Origin: Tubulanus polymorphus
Lineage: Eukaryota > Animalia > Nemertea
Assembly: GCF_964204645.1 (NCBI RefSeq)
Contig: NC_134028.1
Coordinates: forward strand, 4,774,001 to 4,838,000
DNA length: 64,000 nt
Direction: 5' to 3'
Below, piece by piece: positions 41,877 to 52,445 of the stretch (its first letter is position 1; every line of letters begins with the position of its first letter). The position numbers and the translations under genes are program-made. Under the pieces are notes generated by a model that made no database searches, was not told the origin of the DNA, and saw only the letters and a program-made list of their open reading frames with translations.

Positions 41877-42023
41877 GATTTTTGTCCTTCCTACTCTGGC
41901 CAGTGAGGGTTCAATTCAATTCAATTTAATAGTGAAGTGACTCATACCGCATATAGGCGGCTCTGATTAATTAAGGGATTATTTCATATTTCGAAGTAAT
42001 TAGTCGATTGATAAACGCCTGTG

Positions 42024-45000
42024 ATGGATGACAACGATGTTGAAGGTGTGTAGAATATATTTCAAGTGAACTTTTGATCTGTTTGCTGTTTCTGAGTCGA
42101 GAGAGGAGTGATGATGGAAGGAACCGCGACCCATCCATCCATCCTCCCATTTCCAAATCCAATTTCCATTCAGCATCATATCATTGTCATCACTATTTCA
42201 GTACTGTAATTTGTTTCATAATTAAAGAGACAATGAAATTCATTGTCTCTCCTTTCATTCAGCTTCCATACGACCACAGATATTATTCTCAGTTAAATGA
42301 TATGATTACTATTATTCAATTATTATCAATTGAATTTTCCATGCACACTCATTTTCTTTCTCTTCTAACACAGACGCACACGCTCCAAGAAATACTCGCG
42401 AATGGGAGTGTGCTGGAGTATTTATGTGCTGGAGTATTTATATGGGAGTGTGCTGGAGTATTTTCCTCATTCTCAATTGTTGTTATAAATTCCAGACGTG
42501 CCGAAGGTTCCGACCTCAGAACTTGCCGCTTCAAAGATTTCTGACGGCAATTCTGAGAAGTCTAAAACTGAGGAGACTAACGCTGCTGATGATGTAGACG
42601 CCAAGAAAACATCAACAGTCCTGCCGCCGAGTTCAACCACCAGACCAGGTGGAGATGCTCCTGATACAAACCTGTTAAGGTAGGCCCACTTACAAAATTA
42701 CTGCATTTTAGACTAAACTCAATGGTTTTGTATTTGAAGGTTTTTGTTGCTGGATTGTCATCAGATAGAATTTTAAGCTTGTTAATTATCTCGATCGCAA
42801 TAATAGTGTTTCATTAGTTATCATACGATTTTATGTTTCTCATAGTTCTCATTTTGAGTTCGAATCCAAATTACAAATTGTGTTCCAATAAATGGATTTT
42901 AGAATACCTGAATTTCCTAGTAGGCCTAAGATAGGCCTATTTCAACAATCTTTGAACAATCATGATGTAGGAATTTCCAAGTTTATCTAAGAATTTTTCA
43001 AGCCTCTCATGGCGTGCCGATGTCGAATATTGACTAAGTGTATGATTGGAACGAAAAGAGGACTCATTTCTGTATAAAATCAAAACTGATTTTTAAACAA
43101 TCTGGGACTTGAATCAGGGGCTAGATTGATGTCAAAATTCTTAAAAATGTACATAGAAATGCAGGAAAATTATGTGTCAAAATACTTCAATTCCTTTCTA
43201 GCTATAAGCTATATACCTATAATAAAGGTATGTTTGTGGGACTCCAGAATCCTCATATTTTGTTACATTAAATGTGAAAAAAAATCAGATTATTGAAGAT
43301 GAGTGATCAGATTGAACCCTGGGTAATATATTAATCTACAGTCAATTGAAAAAGATGACATTAGGAGAACGGAAGAATAAAGACGAGAATTGTAAACCGG
43401 ACGAACCATCGAAACGCGATTGTTACAATTTCACGTACCCGAGGCGAGGCTTGGCCATTATTATAAATCAAAAAGATTTCGAAGAGAAGTTTGAGTTAGG
43501 CGTCAGAACGGGGACGGACGTCGACGCCGATAAACTCGTTAAACGATTCATCGATCTCGAATTCGAGGTCGACAAATACGATAACTTAACAAAGTCGCAA
43601 ATTTTACACGTAATGAAACGCGGTAAGCAACGTCTTCTAGTAACGCAATATATCGAACAGACGGGCGCGTATCCTCCCTCAGACCTGCTGCATGTTTCAT
43701 ATATTATAGCCAGTTAAGATTTTGATCAGGCACCGGCGGCACTCACTAGGTGGCGTAACAATCTTGGTCATTCGTAGTGAAAATCGGGACTGGATTTCAG
43801 TAACCACTAGCGAAACCTGGTGGATCCTCACGCAATACTCGCTCGCCACAGTAGCGGCGCGGTGTTGGTTCCTCATACAATCAACTAGGACCGGACTGTG
43901 GCAGAGTCTTGTGGCTGGCAGGGTTTGAGGGAGGATGTCGGTCTGTAAGCCTGCATTAGAGATTCTAGGCTTTAATTCCGCTTCACACATATTGAAGATA
44001 GATATTTGCCTATTTTACAAACTCCTCTTGAAAAACATACACATCAAATTAACCAGTAGTGAATAGTTGAAAGCGATGTCTATCTTCAGTTTAGCTTTAT
44101 ACTTTTAAACGTAAACACTTTGTCGTGTGTGTGATCAATATTTTAACCTTATCAATTATTATCATATATGCAAATTATTAACGCTCTGCAGATCCAGGGG
44201 GCGCTATCTAGTTAGGCTAAATACGCTCTATTGAGAGGTGATTTCACAAGCCGCCTCGTCTTGGGAAGTGAAATGTTTGAATTCTAACACAGCCTATATG
44301 TTCTATACATTCAAACCTGAGAGGGCACTAGTTGATTAACAGTAATGATTTTAGTAATAGTATCTAAATTTATATAGCGCCTAGTTTCACTAAAACATTA
44401 TTCAGCATCGCGCTATGGAGAAAGCTTTGTGGAAATTTTGTAAAAAGTTATGTCTGGAGCTGGATTTTTAGAGGCATAAATATCCTGTCTGCTCATGCCC
44501 CGGACAACAAGTCCTCTTCTGTTATGTTGATAATCACTTCCCTGTTGTAGACGCGAGCTTCCTCCTACAAATCCTTCATCATCAGCGCAGACCTCTGAAC
44601 ACTGCTACAATATGAATCATAAACACCGAGGCCTCGCTATAATAATATCAAATCGGGTATTTCATCCGGCGACGAGCATGACTGAACGTACCGGCACTGA
44701 GGTTGATATGGGTACGTTGTGTCGACAGTTCCGTGTTTTAGGCTTCGACGTAAAAGTCTATCAGAATATTTCGTCGAAGGAAATGGAATTTTCAATGCGT
44801 TCAGGCAAGTATCGGATGAATTTTATTTTGATTTTTTTTTTTGGCTGTCATTTAGTTTGTAATAATTCTAGAAATTAGTTTTCTATTCATTCGGTTTCGA
44901 GCATGACTGCGTTCTAAGAATTCATATCTAACTTCTGAGAATGTCTGATACTGATTGAAGGAATTGTTTAATTCATTTTTGGCACCTCTGGATCTGCAAT

Positions 45001-46601
45001 GCATGTTCTGTACAATTAAGCGCTTGCCCCATTTGGATCAGCTGCATGGATTAGATATTATGAACTACATTCTAAATGTCCAATAAAATGCATCTGTGCC
45101 TACAATATCAGCGTCTAGTTGACAAATGAATTAGAATCTATTTTATTGGACTGATCCTGATCGGGCCTTGGCTTCATATGTTTTAATCACTAACAATCAC
45201 TAACTCTTTTCATATTTGATTTATTAATATCATTTCTCAAAAGAGTTGATGCACCATAATCGTTTCTTTATTCATATCTTTTATTTAATTAATAAACAGA
45301 GCTTAATATCATACACATTTAATGCTTCGTGTTTCTTCAATTATCAGTTATTTTTCAAACAAGCTTTTTAATGGTCTATTGTAAATGATTTTAAATACTG
45401 AAATTGTGAAGGTAGGGTCCACTGTACTGAAAAGAAAGTAAATGCGTTATTGTGTTTTAGAATAAATAGATTATAAGACATTTTTTTTTGAAGCTAGAAA
45501 GATGAATTGTGTTCTTTGATTTCCAGCTGCCAAAGATGAAATACATAATAAATCGGATGCATTCGCATGTGCAATATTGAGTCACGGTGAAGAGGGGAAA
45601 GTTTATGGAACTGATGGAACTATAGAAATTGATAAATTAGTTGCACCGTTCAAGGGTGATGTGTGTAAAGCTTTAGCCGGGAAACCGAAACTATTCTTTA
45701 TTCAGGTAAAATTACCGGTATATGCGTATTGTATACTCTTTCCCTTCTGTTAATACCTTACTCAATTAAGCCTACATATAAATAATACAATTGCAATATT
45801 GTTATATAAGATTTTCATTGATTTATTACCAAACTGTATTAGTGAATAAGTGCTGAATTGTTAGCAAAGCTGCCCTTGGTACTTTCATCATATTGTATAA
45901 TATGTTAAAGCAAAAACGTTTGTTTCCTATAAATATTAACTGCTGTATTTAACAGTAAACTTTATACTGTAATACTGTTCACGAATCTAATACTTATGGT
46001 GTTGCTGTGTTTCAATGAATGGGCATCCAGCAGTATCCAATGATCCTTTGACCACTATGAAACTATGTAATCAATCTTCTGATTTGCAGGCTTGTCGGGG
46101 TCAACAGTTAGATCACGGTACAGAAGTCACTGATGCAGGGGAAGATGATGTCGATGCTCATGTGTTGTCCAGAATTCCAGCTGAAGCTGATTTCCTGATG
46201 GCCTACTCAGTTGTTCCAGGTTAGCACCGGGGACTGTAGGGTTTTAGGGTTTTCTCAACCGTGTATTTAGCCGCAGACTTTCTCCCACCTCGAGTGAAGT
46301 CCTTCCCATTCTCTAGTGTAATTTTCTGCATTTTGAAAAAATGTTGTCGTCATTTCTTTCCTCAGGTTACTTTTCATGGAGGAATTCAGTACGAGGCTCG
46401 TGGTTTATACAAGCCCTGTGCGCTGTTTTAGAGGAATACGGTAGTTCGTTAGACCTTCTAAAAATCATGACGCGAGTCAACCGTAAAGTCGCGTATGAAT
46501 TCGAATCGAATGCTGCCCGGGAATTCATGAATCGTAAAAAACAAATCCCGAGTATTGTCTCCATGTTAACAAAGGATTTGTACTTTACACCAAAATCTTA
46601 A
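42024..46601 (+). CDS. Effector caspase (caspase-3/7-like); exons 42024-42045, 42496-42679, [43342-43622 OR 44551-44804], 45527-45705, 46090-46219, 46366-46601
   Basis: Short prodomain with DDVD/A site; RGLAIII..R.GT.VD; catalytic ILSHG (~45575) and Q/ACRG (46090); linker [13 protein letters not shown]; p10 [16 protein letters not shown]...[16 protein letters not shown]. The first exon (MDDNDVE-G|gt) is inferred from phase compatibility. Confidence 0.95.
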
Positions 46602-46805
46602 GAAAAGGATTTGTTCTAAATAGAAAAATTTAATTCATGAAAAGACTTTGTTCCATAGCAGAAAATGAACCTTATTTAATACTCAAGATTTTTAAATACC
46701 AATTAAACACATGATTCCTTTAGATGAATAACCAAATTACTGCATGTTTATCATTTGTGTTTCATTGCACTGAATAATAGGAAGGTTGTATACATAGATA
46801 CTTAA

Positions 46806-46964
46806 CCCTTAATTTGCCAGGATTTTTCAATCTTTCTGATTCTATCGTCACCTTCTATATTGGTGATAAAATAGTACCGGTATACTTTCGGAAGGGAATC
46901 GAATGTTATGGATTTATGATCTTCTATATTTTCCCCAGTATTTTAGGGAGTGGCAAGTAAAGGG
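46806..46964. mobile_element. piggyBac-like MITE in the caspase 3' UTR
   Basis: TTAA|CCCTTAATTTGCCA ... TGGCAAGTAAAGGG|TTAA: TTAA duplication with CCC/GGG termini. Confidence 0.7.
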
Positions 46965-47596
46965 TTAACTGGGTGATAATACGATGTGCCATTGTTTCAG
47001 TATTTTGAATTTCATGCATATCGGTGTCATAGATACCAAGACATGTCTATTATAAACCAAATGAACTGTATAGAATTGAATACTAATCTATGCATGAAAT
47101 ACCATAATCAAATCTGCTGTGATGATAAAGAGTGATCAGTTCTTAATCGAATAGGAATTCGTAATACATGTACACTCGGTGCTTAATAACAGAGTGAAAC
47201 AGAATTTATCTCAATCATACTGTTAGTACTGTTAGGTGTGCCAAATATTGGTATGGATCAAATAGAGAACATTTGTACCGATCAAGGATTTTACTTATGG
47301 CATGTGAGGATCAGCAAGTTTCGCCTGTAGTTACTCAGTCTTGCACGTTCAATTTCAACTTCTAAATTCCGATCAAAATTGAATTTTCTCTTAAAATAAA
47401 TCATTTATTTATGAAAACTACCAATCACTGAGTAGTTGATTGGTGATGAACTATGTTTGGACTACTTGTAAGGCTGAATGTTCTTCATGTCCAAGTGGCA
47501 GGGTAGCTGATGTTGCAGCTCCCAATATGGATAATGATAATGATAATGGATGATTCCTAATGATGTGAATTTGTGTGTAGGGCCTATATGTCAATA

Positions 47597-47762
47597 CAGT
47601 CAAACTCTTGATTATCTGCCACATTGTCTTGTTGATAATCGAGGATGGAGGATCACTGAACTGAAATTCAATTGAGACAATGAACTGAATGTTTGCAATC
47701 AGGGATTCTCAGAATTTGGGTGGAAAACCGAGGAGGGTTAGTGGATAATCAAGGGTTGACTA
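47597..47762. mobile_element. Tc1/mariner(pogo)-type MITE
   Basis: TA|CAGTCAAACTCTTGATTATC ... GATAATCAAGGGTTGACTA|TA imperfect inverted termini. Confidence 0.6.
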
Positions 47763-48391
47763 TATAAATGTATCAGGTAGTTATTGTTACTAAAATTGCA
47801 TAGTAAAATGTTGTGTGTTTAGAAACTGCTTGAATTGAGAAATGACTTCCAATTCATTTGTGGTGAGGAGATCAGGCGTAAAATTGTAATTGTGATGAGG
47901 AATGTGCTTTATGTGTTGTATCAAAAATACATATGTATTTTTGGTTGCATGTTATTGTCTAATGTAAGAACACAATGATGTAACTACAGACCTACAGTGA
48001 CTTCTTAAATTACTACTTAATCGGTTGAAATTACTGTTCAAACTGATTGTAAGGAATTATAACTTGTGTTCGTTGTAATGTGTAACGGTGAATAATATTT
48101 TATTTAAATGAATAAAAATTAATCAATTGAAATATTTGTTTGTTTTTTGAAAATCTTTTGGATTCATCTAGACAGTACATGTATGTTTAAATGCAGGATG
48201 AAGAAATGAGGATTAAAACTCATAAGGTGCAGGTTAAAATTCTGCATACATACTCTCTGAATGGTATCCAATTTGAGGATTTCTTTCTATGAAGCAGTTT
48301 GCCACTCTGACGTCACTGATGTTGTTGGAACCCCTCCCCTCTAGAGGAACAATATGTTTGTAGTAAACTGTCAGTATATGTATACCTGTAT

Positions 48392-50395
48392 ATGTTTTGT
48401 AGCGCTTCTGAACTTCATCGATATAGAAGGAAAATAGACACTGAGCTGCCAATGAGAGGAGTGAAAGAATTCTTGCCTGATCATTCGTGGTTGCAAAATA
48501 AACGTTTGGATAAAATAAATGAGACAAGACTTTCACTGCTGAAAGAAGAAAGAGTGGAAAGCAGGTAAATTCCGTGAACAACAATGAATCTGGGCAGTAT
48601 TAAACTATGTATATTGCTCACCTGCACATCTCATCATTATTTCAGCCGTAATTTGGTGCGAGGAATTTGGATCCCTTCGAAGGATGTTGTTCGTCTTATA
48701 CATGGAAAGGTAAAAGTACCTTCAAATCACGACTGTTTATGATATCGTAGAATGGGTGTATAATGATTTGTCCTATTTTGAGCAGGGAAATTTCTGGCGT
48801 TATGTTGGATATTCAGAGCATGGCGTAGACTATCTGTGCCCAGAGGAAGCTTTGTTTATGGTTGATTTGGTACGTTAAAAAATCATTGCTCTTTCAAGTG
48901 ATTATTGTATTAGAAACTGATTGCCTTCATCTCAATCATCAGGGAATGTTGGAAATAGAATATGAAGGACTTCCAATGAGTTTACAAACTGCTTACACAT
49001 GTCTGCTGCAGAATGTATCTTTAGCTGAATATCAAGTTTACGCTCACTTGTCCAGACTTGGATTCATAGTCATTCCTCATAGAAATCAGAAAAAGTATGT
49101 TGAAAGGAAATCGCAATGATTCAGATCATATTGGCCATTAAGATGTCAGACTTATTCATGGTTTACTTTCACTTATATCTTTTAGACTTGAAATAACTGA
49201 GTATGAGGAGAAAATAAATTTGGATCAGATTCTACAGCAAAAACATAAGAAGCCTTCAAAAAGAAAGAGATCCCGTTCACTGAATTCGGTTACTGATAAT
49301 GAAGATACTCAGAAATCGAAGAAATTATCCGAAGAAAGAATTCCTACTGATTCCACTGAGACAGCAGTTCAAATAGAAAACGAATCTTTGGAATGTGAAA
49401 TCAAAACCGAACCCATACTGCGTGATACCTGTGATATTGTGTCTGTACATGCGGCAGCGCAATTATCTAAAGAATGGGCGAATCGTCTTCCACATTCTAA
49501 TTGGAACAATATCGAAATTCCTAATATACTAGATTATGAAGGAGATACCATACATCCTGAAATAGTTAAGGAAATATCTCATGATTCGTCCAGTTTTCCC
49601 TATTCTCGAGATTGGCTTCCAGCGGATACTTGCGGTTTCTCGTTTCCCCGAAAAATCCTAACATCATCACGAAACTGGACTGAATATAAACAGGAGTTGG
49701 TGATGAAAAGTGAAAATGATGCAGAATTGACTGAGAGCCCGGTTGGTATCCTTTGGGATGGAGATGTAACACCTCTTTTGAAACCATGGGAGGCAACATC
49801 AACCGGTAAAAATTCCTGATTCACAAAACACCCTGCATCTGTGAATTGAAATTGATAATAGATTTTCTATTTCAGCTGCTGTTCTTGAAAAGTTACAAGT
49901 TGTTAAGCGTGCTGAGGATATTCCAACATCAACTAGTGACAGGTCAGTGTTTGAATGGTTTTTGTATTGATCAGTGGAAAAGGTACACTGTGGGACTGTG
50001 CCTGAAATGGCCATACTCGGTATCACATATACTCCAGTTTTTATCTCCTTTTCAGTGTCAAGTTTTCATATGATGTTTATCCTGCAGATGAAAAGGGAAA
50101 CTTTCGTAAAAGTGAACCAGGATTGCCACATTATAGAATTATTGTTCATCTGTAAGTCTCAAAACTGTTATGTACACCAATGCTTTTCTAATCGATGTTT
50201 TTATTGTTCAATTTGATTCAAAATTTCTTACATATTTTCAGAAGTGCCAATGATCCACCGAATTTATCAGTGTTGAACTGTTGCCTAAAAGACAAGGTTG
50301 ATAGTATTAAACTGGTTTGGGCTGTCGTTGATTATGGAAACATCTCGTTTTACTCATATTCTGAATTTTGTCTTCCTATTGATATAATAAAATGA
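48392..50395 (+). CDS. TSEN54: tRNA-splicing endonuclease subunit Sen54, ~8 exons; 5' end uncertain (ATG 48392 or splice acceptor at 48402/48403)
   Basis: SASEL...GVKEFLPD...LLKEERVE; GNFWRYVGYSEHGVDYLCPEEALFM; GLPMSLQTAY..LL...AEYQVYAHLSRLGFIV; ILWDGDVTPLLKP; YDVYPA...FRKSEPGLPHYRI; WAVVDYGNISFYSYSEFCLP*. Confidence 0.93.
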
Positions 50396-50459
50396 TTTTC
50401 GATAAGATATTCTATTTGCTCATCTTATCTTTGTATTCGGTATCTAGGCCACAGAATCA

Positions 50460-50715
50460 GCATCAATAATAGGCTGGGATCAAACTTGGGACACTAATTA
50501 CACACCCAACTTGGGCCTGGGGCCCCTGTTCTTTTATTTGGCACCAAGACCGCTCGAACAAAGGTAATCAGACCGGATTCGACCCATGACACCTTCGTTG
50601 TCCTCTAATTGCATCCGATTGTTTTGGGAAGCCAGCATCAGTTGGATGGGTTCGAACCTGGGACCTCCGCTATCCAATATATTTAATATTCAGCCTCAGG
50701 ACCACTCGGTATCAG
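50460..50715 (-). mobile_element. tRNA-derived SINE-like element
   Basis: Minus strand has A-box TACCGAGTGG and B-box GGTTCGAACCC (50631-50713) followed by a GC-richer body; no acceptor stem. Confidence 0.55.
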
Positions 50716-50820
50716 TAATAATAATCTCTAAAAGACTCATTTATTATGATTGATATAATTGTTTATTATAAAATCGTATAATATAAATTAACTTAATGGT
50801 ACAATAAAGAATTTTATTGA

Positions 50821-51250
50821 ATTTGTTGATAATTTCTTTAGAACCCTAGGTGGCAGCACAGTACGGTTACCTAGCGGGAATTCTGTGAACTAATGCAATA
50901 CTGCGGTCTTTCGCTCATTGTCATTCTTTAATGTTTTGTCCTGTAAATTTAATAAATTAGGATAAGACATGCAATAAATTATTGTCTTATCCTATATATA
51001 AATGTTATATATGGCGCAATAAATTTAAGTTCAAGTTCAAGTTCAGGGTAGTTTAGATTTTACATCATTCTTCTCTCTAACTATATCCCTTTATATTTTT
51101 CATGGTGAAAAAATGTAATTAATTTCATTATTGACTGGAATTTAAGGTCAATCGACAGTGAACGAGCCTACAGTATTAGATTAGTTCTCAGAAATCCCGC
51201 TAGGTGACCGTATGGTGCTGCCACCAAATTCTCCGGCTACATCAACAAAT
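50821..51250. mobile_element. MITE-like inverted-repeat element with a nested LINE/SINE 3' tail
   Basis: ggtggcagcacagtacggttacctagcggga (~50849-50880) is inverted at ~51195-51225. Inside are the hairpin ggataagaca...tgtcttatcc and an AATAAA plus (TTCAAG)n tail (50959-51045). Confidence 0.6.
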
Positions 51251-52445
51251 ATTTATTTTTCTCGTTAGATAATTTTTGTGTTGAAAGATTTAAAAAAAAT
51301 AAACATATCGCATCGTAAATTTGTCCTTGAAGAAGTCAATTGTCACTGGTTCAGCTTAAAATCCACATTCAACTCCTCGAATATCAAATGGGTTCAAACC
51401 TGGGCTTTGGCCTTGGGCATCCTCGCTGAGACCACCAGAAAACAAACTAAATCATTTTCATTCATAAATATTTGTTTATTTCTCAATGCATTAAAATTCA
51501 CTTTTTTGCAACAATGTACATAATTCATTAAACATCTACAGATGTTAGTGGCTATATTTCATGTAACGAACTCAATTCAAACGCAACACGAACATTTGTT
51601 TTCATTATGAGACAAAAAACAAATAAGACACTATTTTCGATTTATAGGAATACGATAAGCGAGTCGCCTTAATCATAAATACTTTCGCACACATGTTAGA
51701 ACAGGTATAATTTATCAACAAGCAAAAATCCCTTTCAATGAAGCAGACTTTTTTAAAATAACTGTCAGTACCGGTAGAACAAAAATCACTTCTAACCAAG
51801 GCTGTTCTATTCAGCCAGCTGATGACATCCAGTGACTCGTGGATTTGTTAAAAAAGAAAACAATTTGCGATACAATATAGACATCATAGATATCTGAATA
51901 ATTAGCGAATATTCTAAATTCACAGAATGTATAACAACTTTATTGAGAACTTGTCTCAACTAATGACTCGCACTATATGGTACTGGTACCTTGGTACTAC
52001 TGGTATCAGGTCCACTCTCAGCAGGTACCTCATCTCTCAATAGATTCGTGATTTCAAGAGATTTTTTACAATAGAGGAAGCACATAGTACAGGAAACTCT
52101 GTTCGGTCTGTTGTGCATAGACCAAAGAAAAACTCGGCAAAAACTATTATTACAAGACCAGAAACATTTAAACAAACCACATACCAATAATTCATTCTTC
52201 ACCAAACACTTATTTTAGAATCCTTGAAAGTAAAACTCAATCGCTGTCCGGATTTCTACATCGTGATCGAGTTACAGCTACCATAGGTGGCGCTTCTATA
52301 CAGCAGAACAGAACCATCCATACTTAGAGAAATAATGAAATATAGAGGGCTCTTTCTATCACAATTATATACGTACATAAATATATCCTATGAACGCGTA
52401 GTGTTTGTATATCAGTTCACACACGCACATGACACACAGCGCCCC

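Noticed and set aside
39113-41929. Similar peptides WPLRAGSCPEKPCGLSGQV in ORFs 39113-39301 (-) and 41627-41929 (+)
   Set aside because: Simply translations of the two inverted termini of the transposon, not a protein family.
42402-42465. Alternative caspase start MGVCW (lipidation-like) upstream of exon 2
   Set aside because: It lies within a short tandem repeat (tgtgctggagtattt x3) with a weak donor; the 42024-42045 exon is a better fit.
50631-50713. Possible intron-containing tRNA gene beside TSEN54
   Set aside because: A and B boxes are present, but no acceptor or anticodon stem could be formed; better explained as a SINE head. The same applies to 35660-35718.
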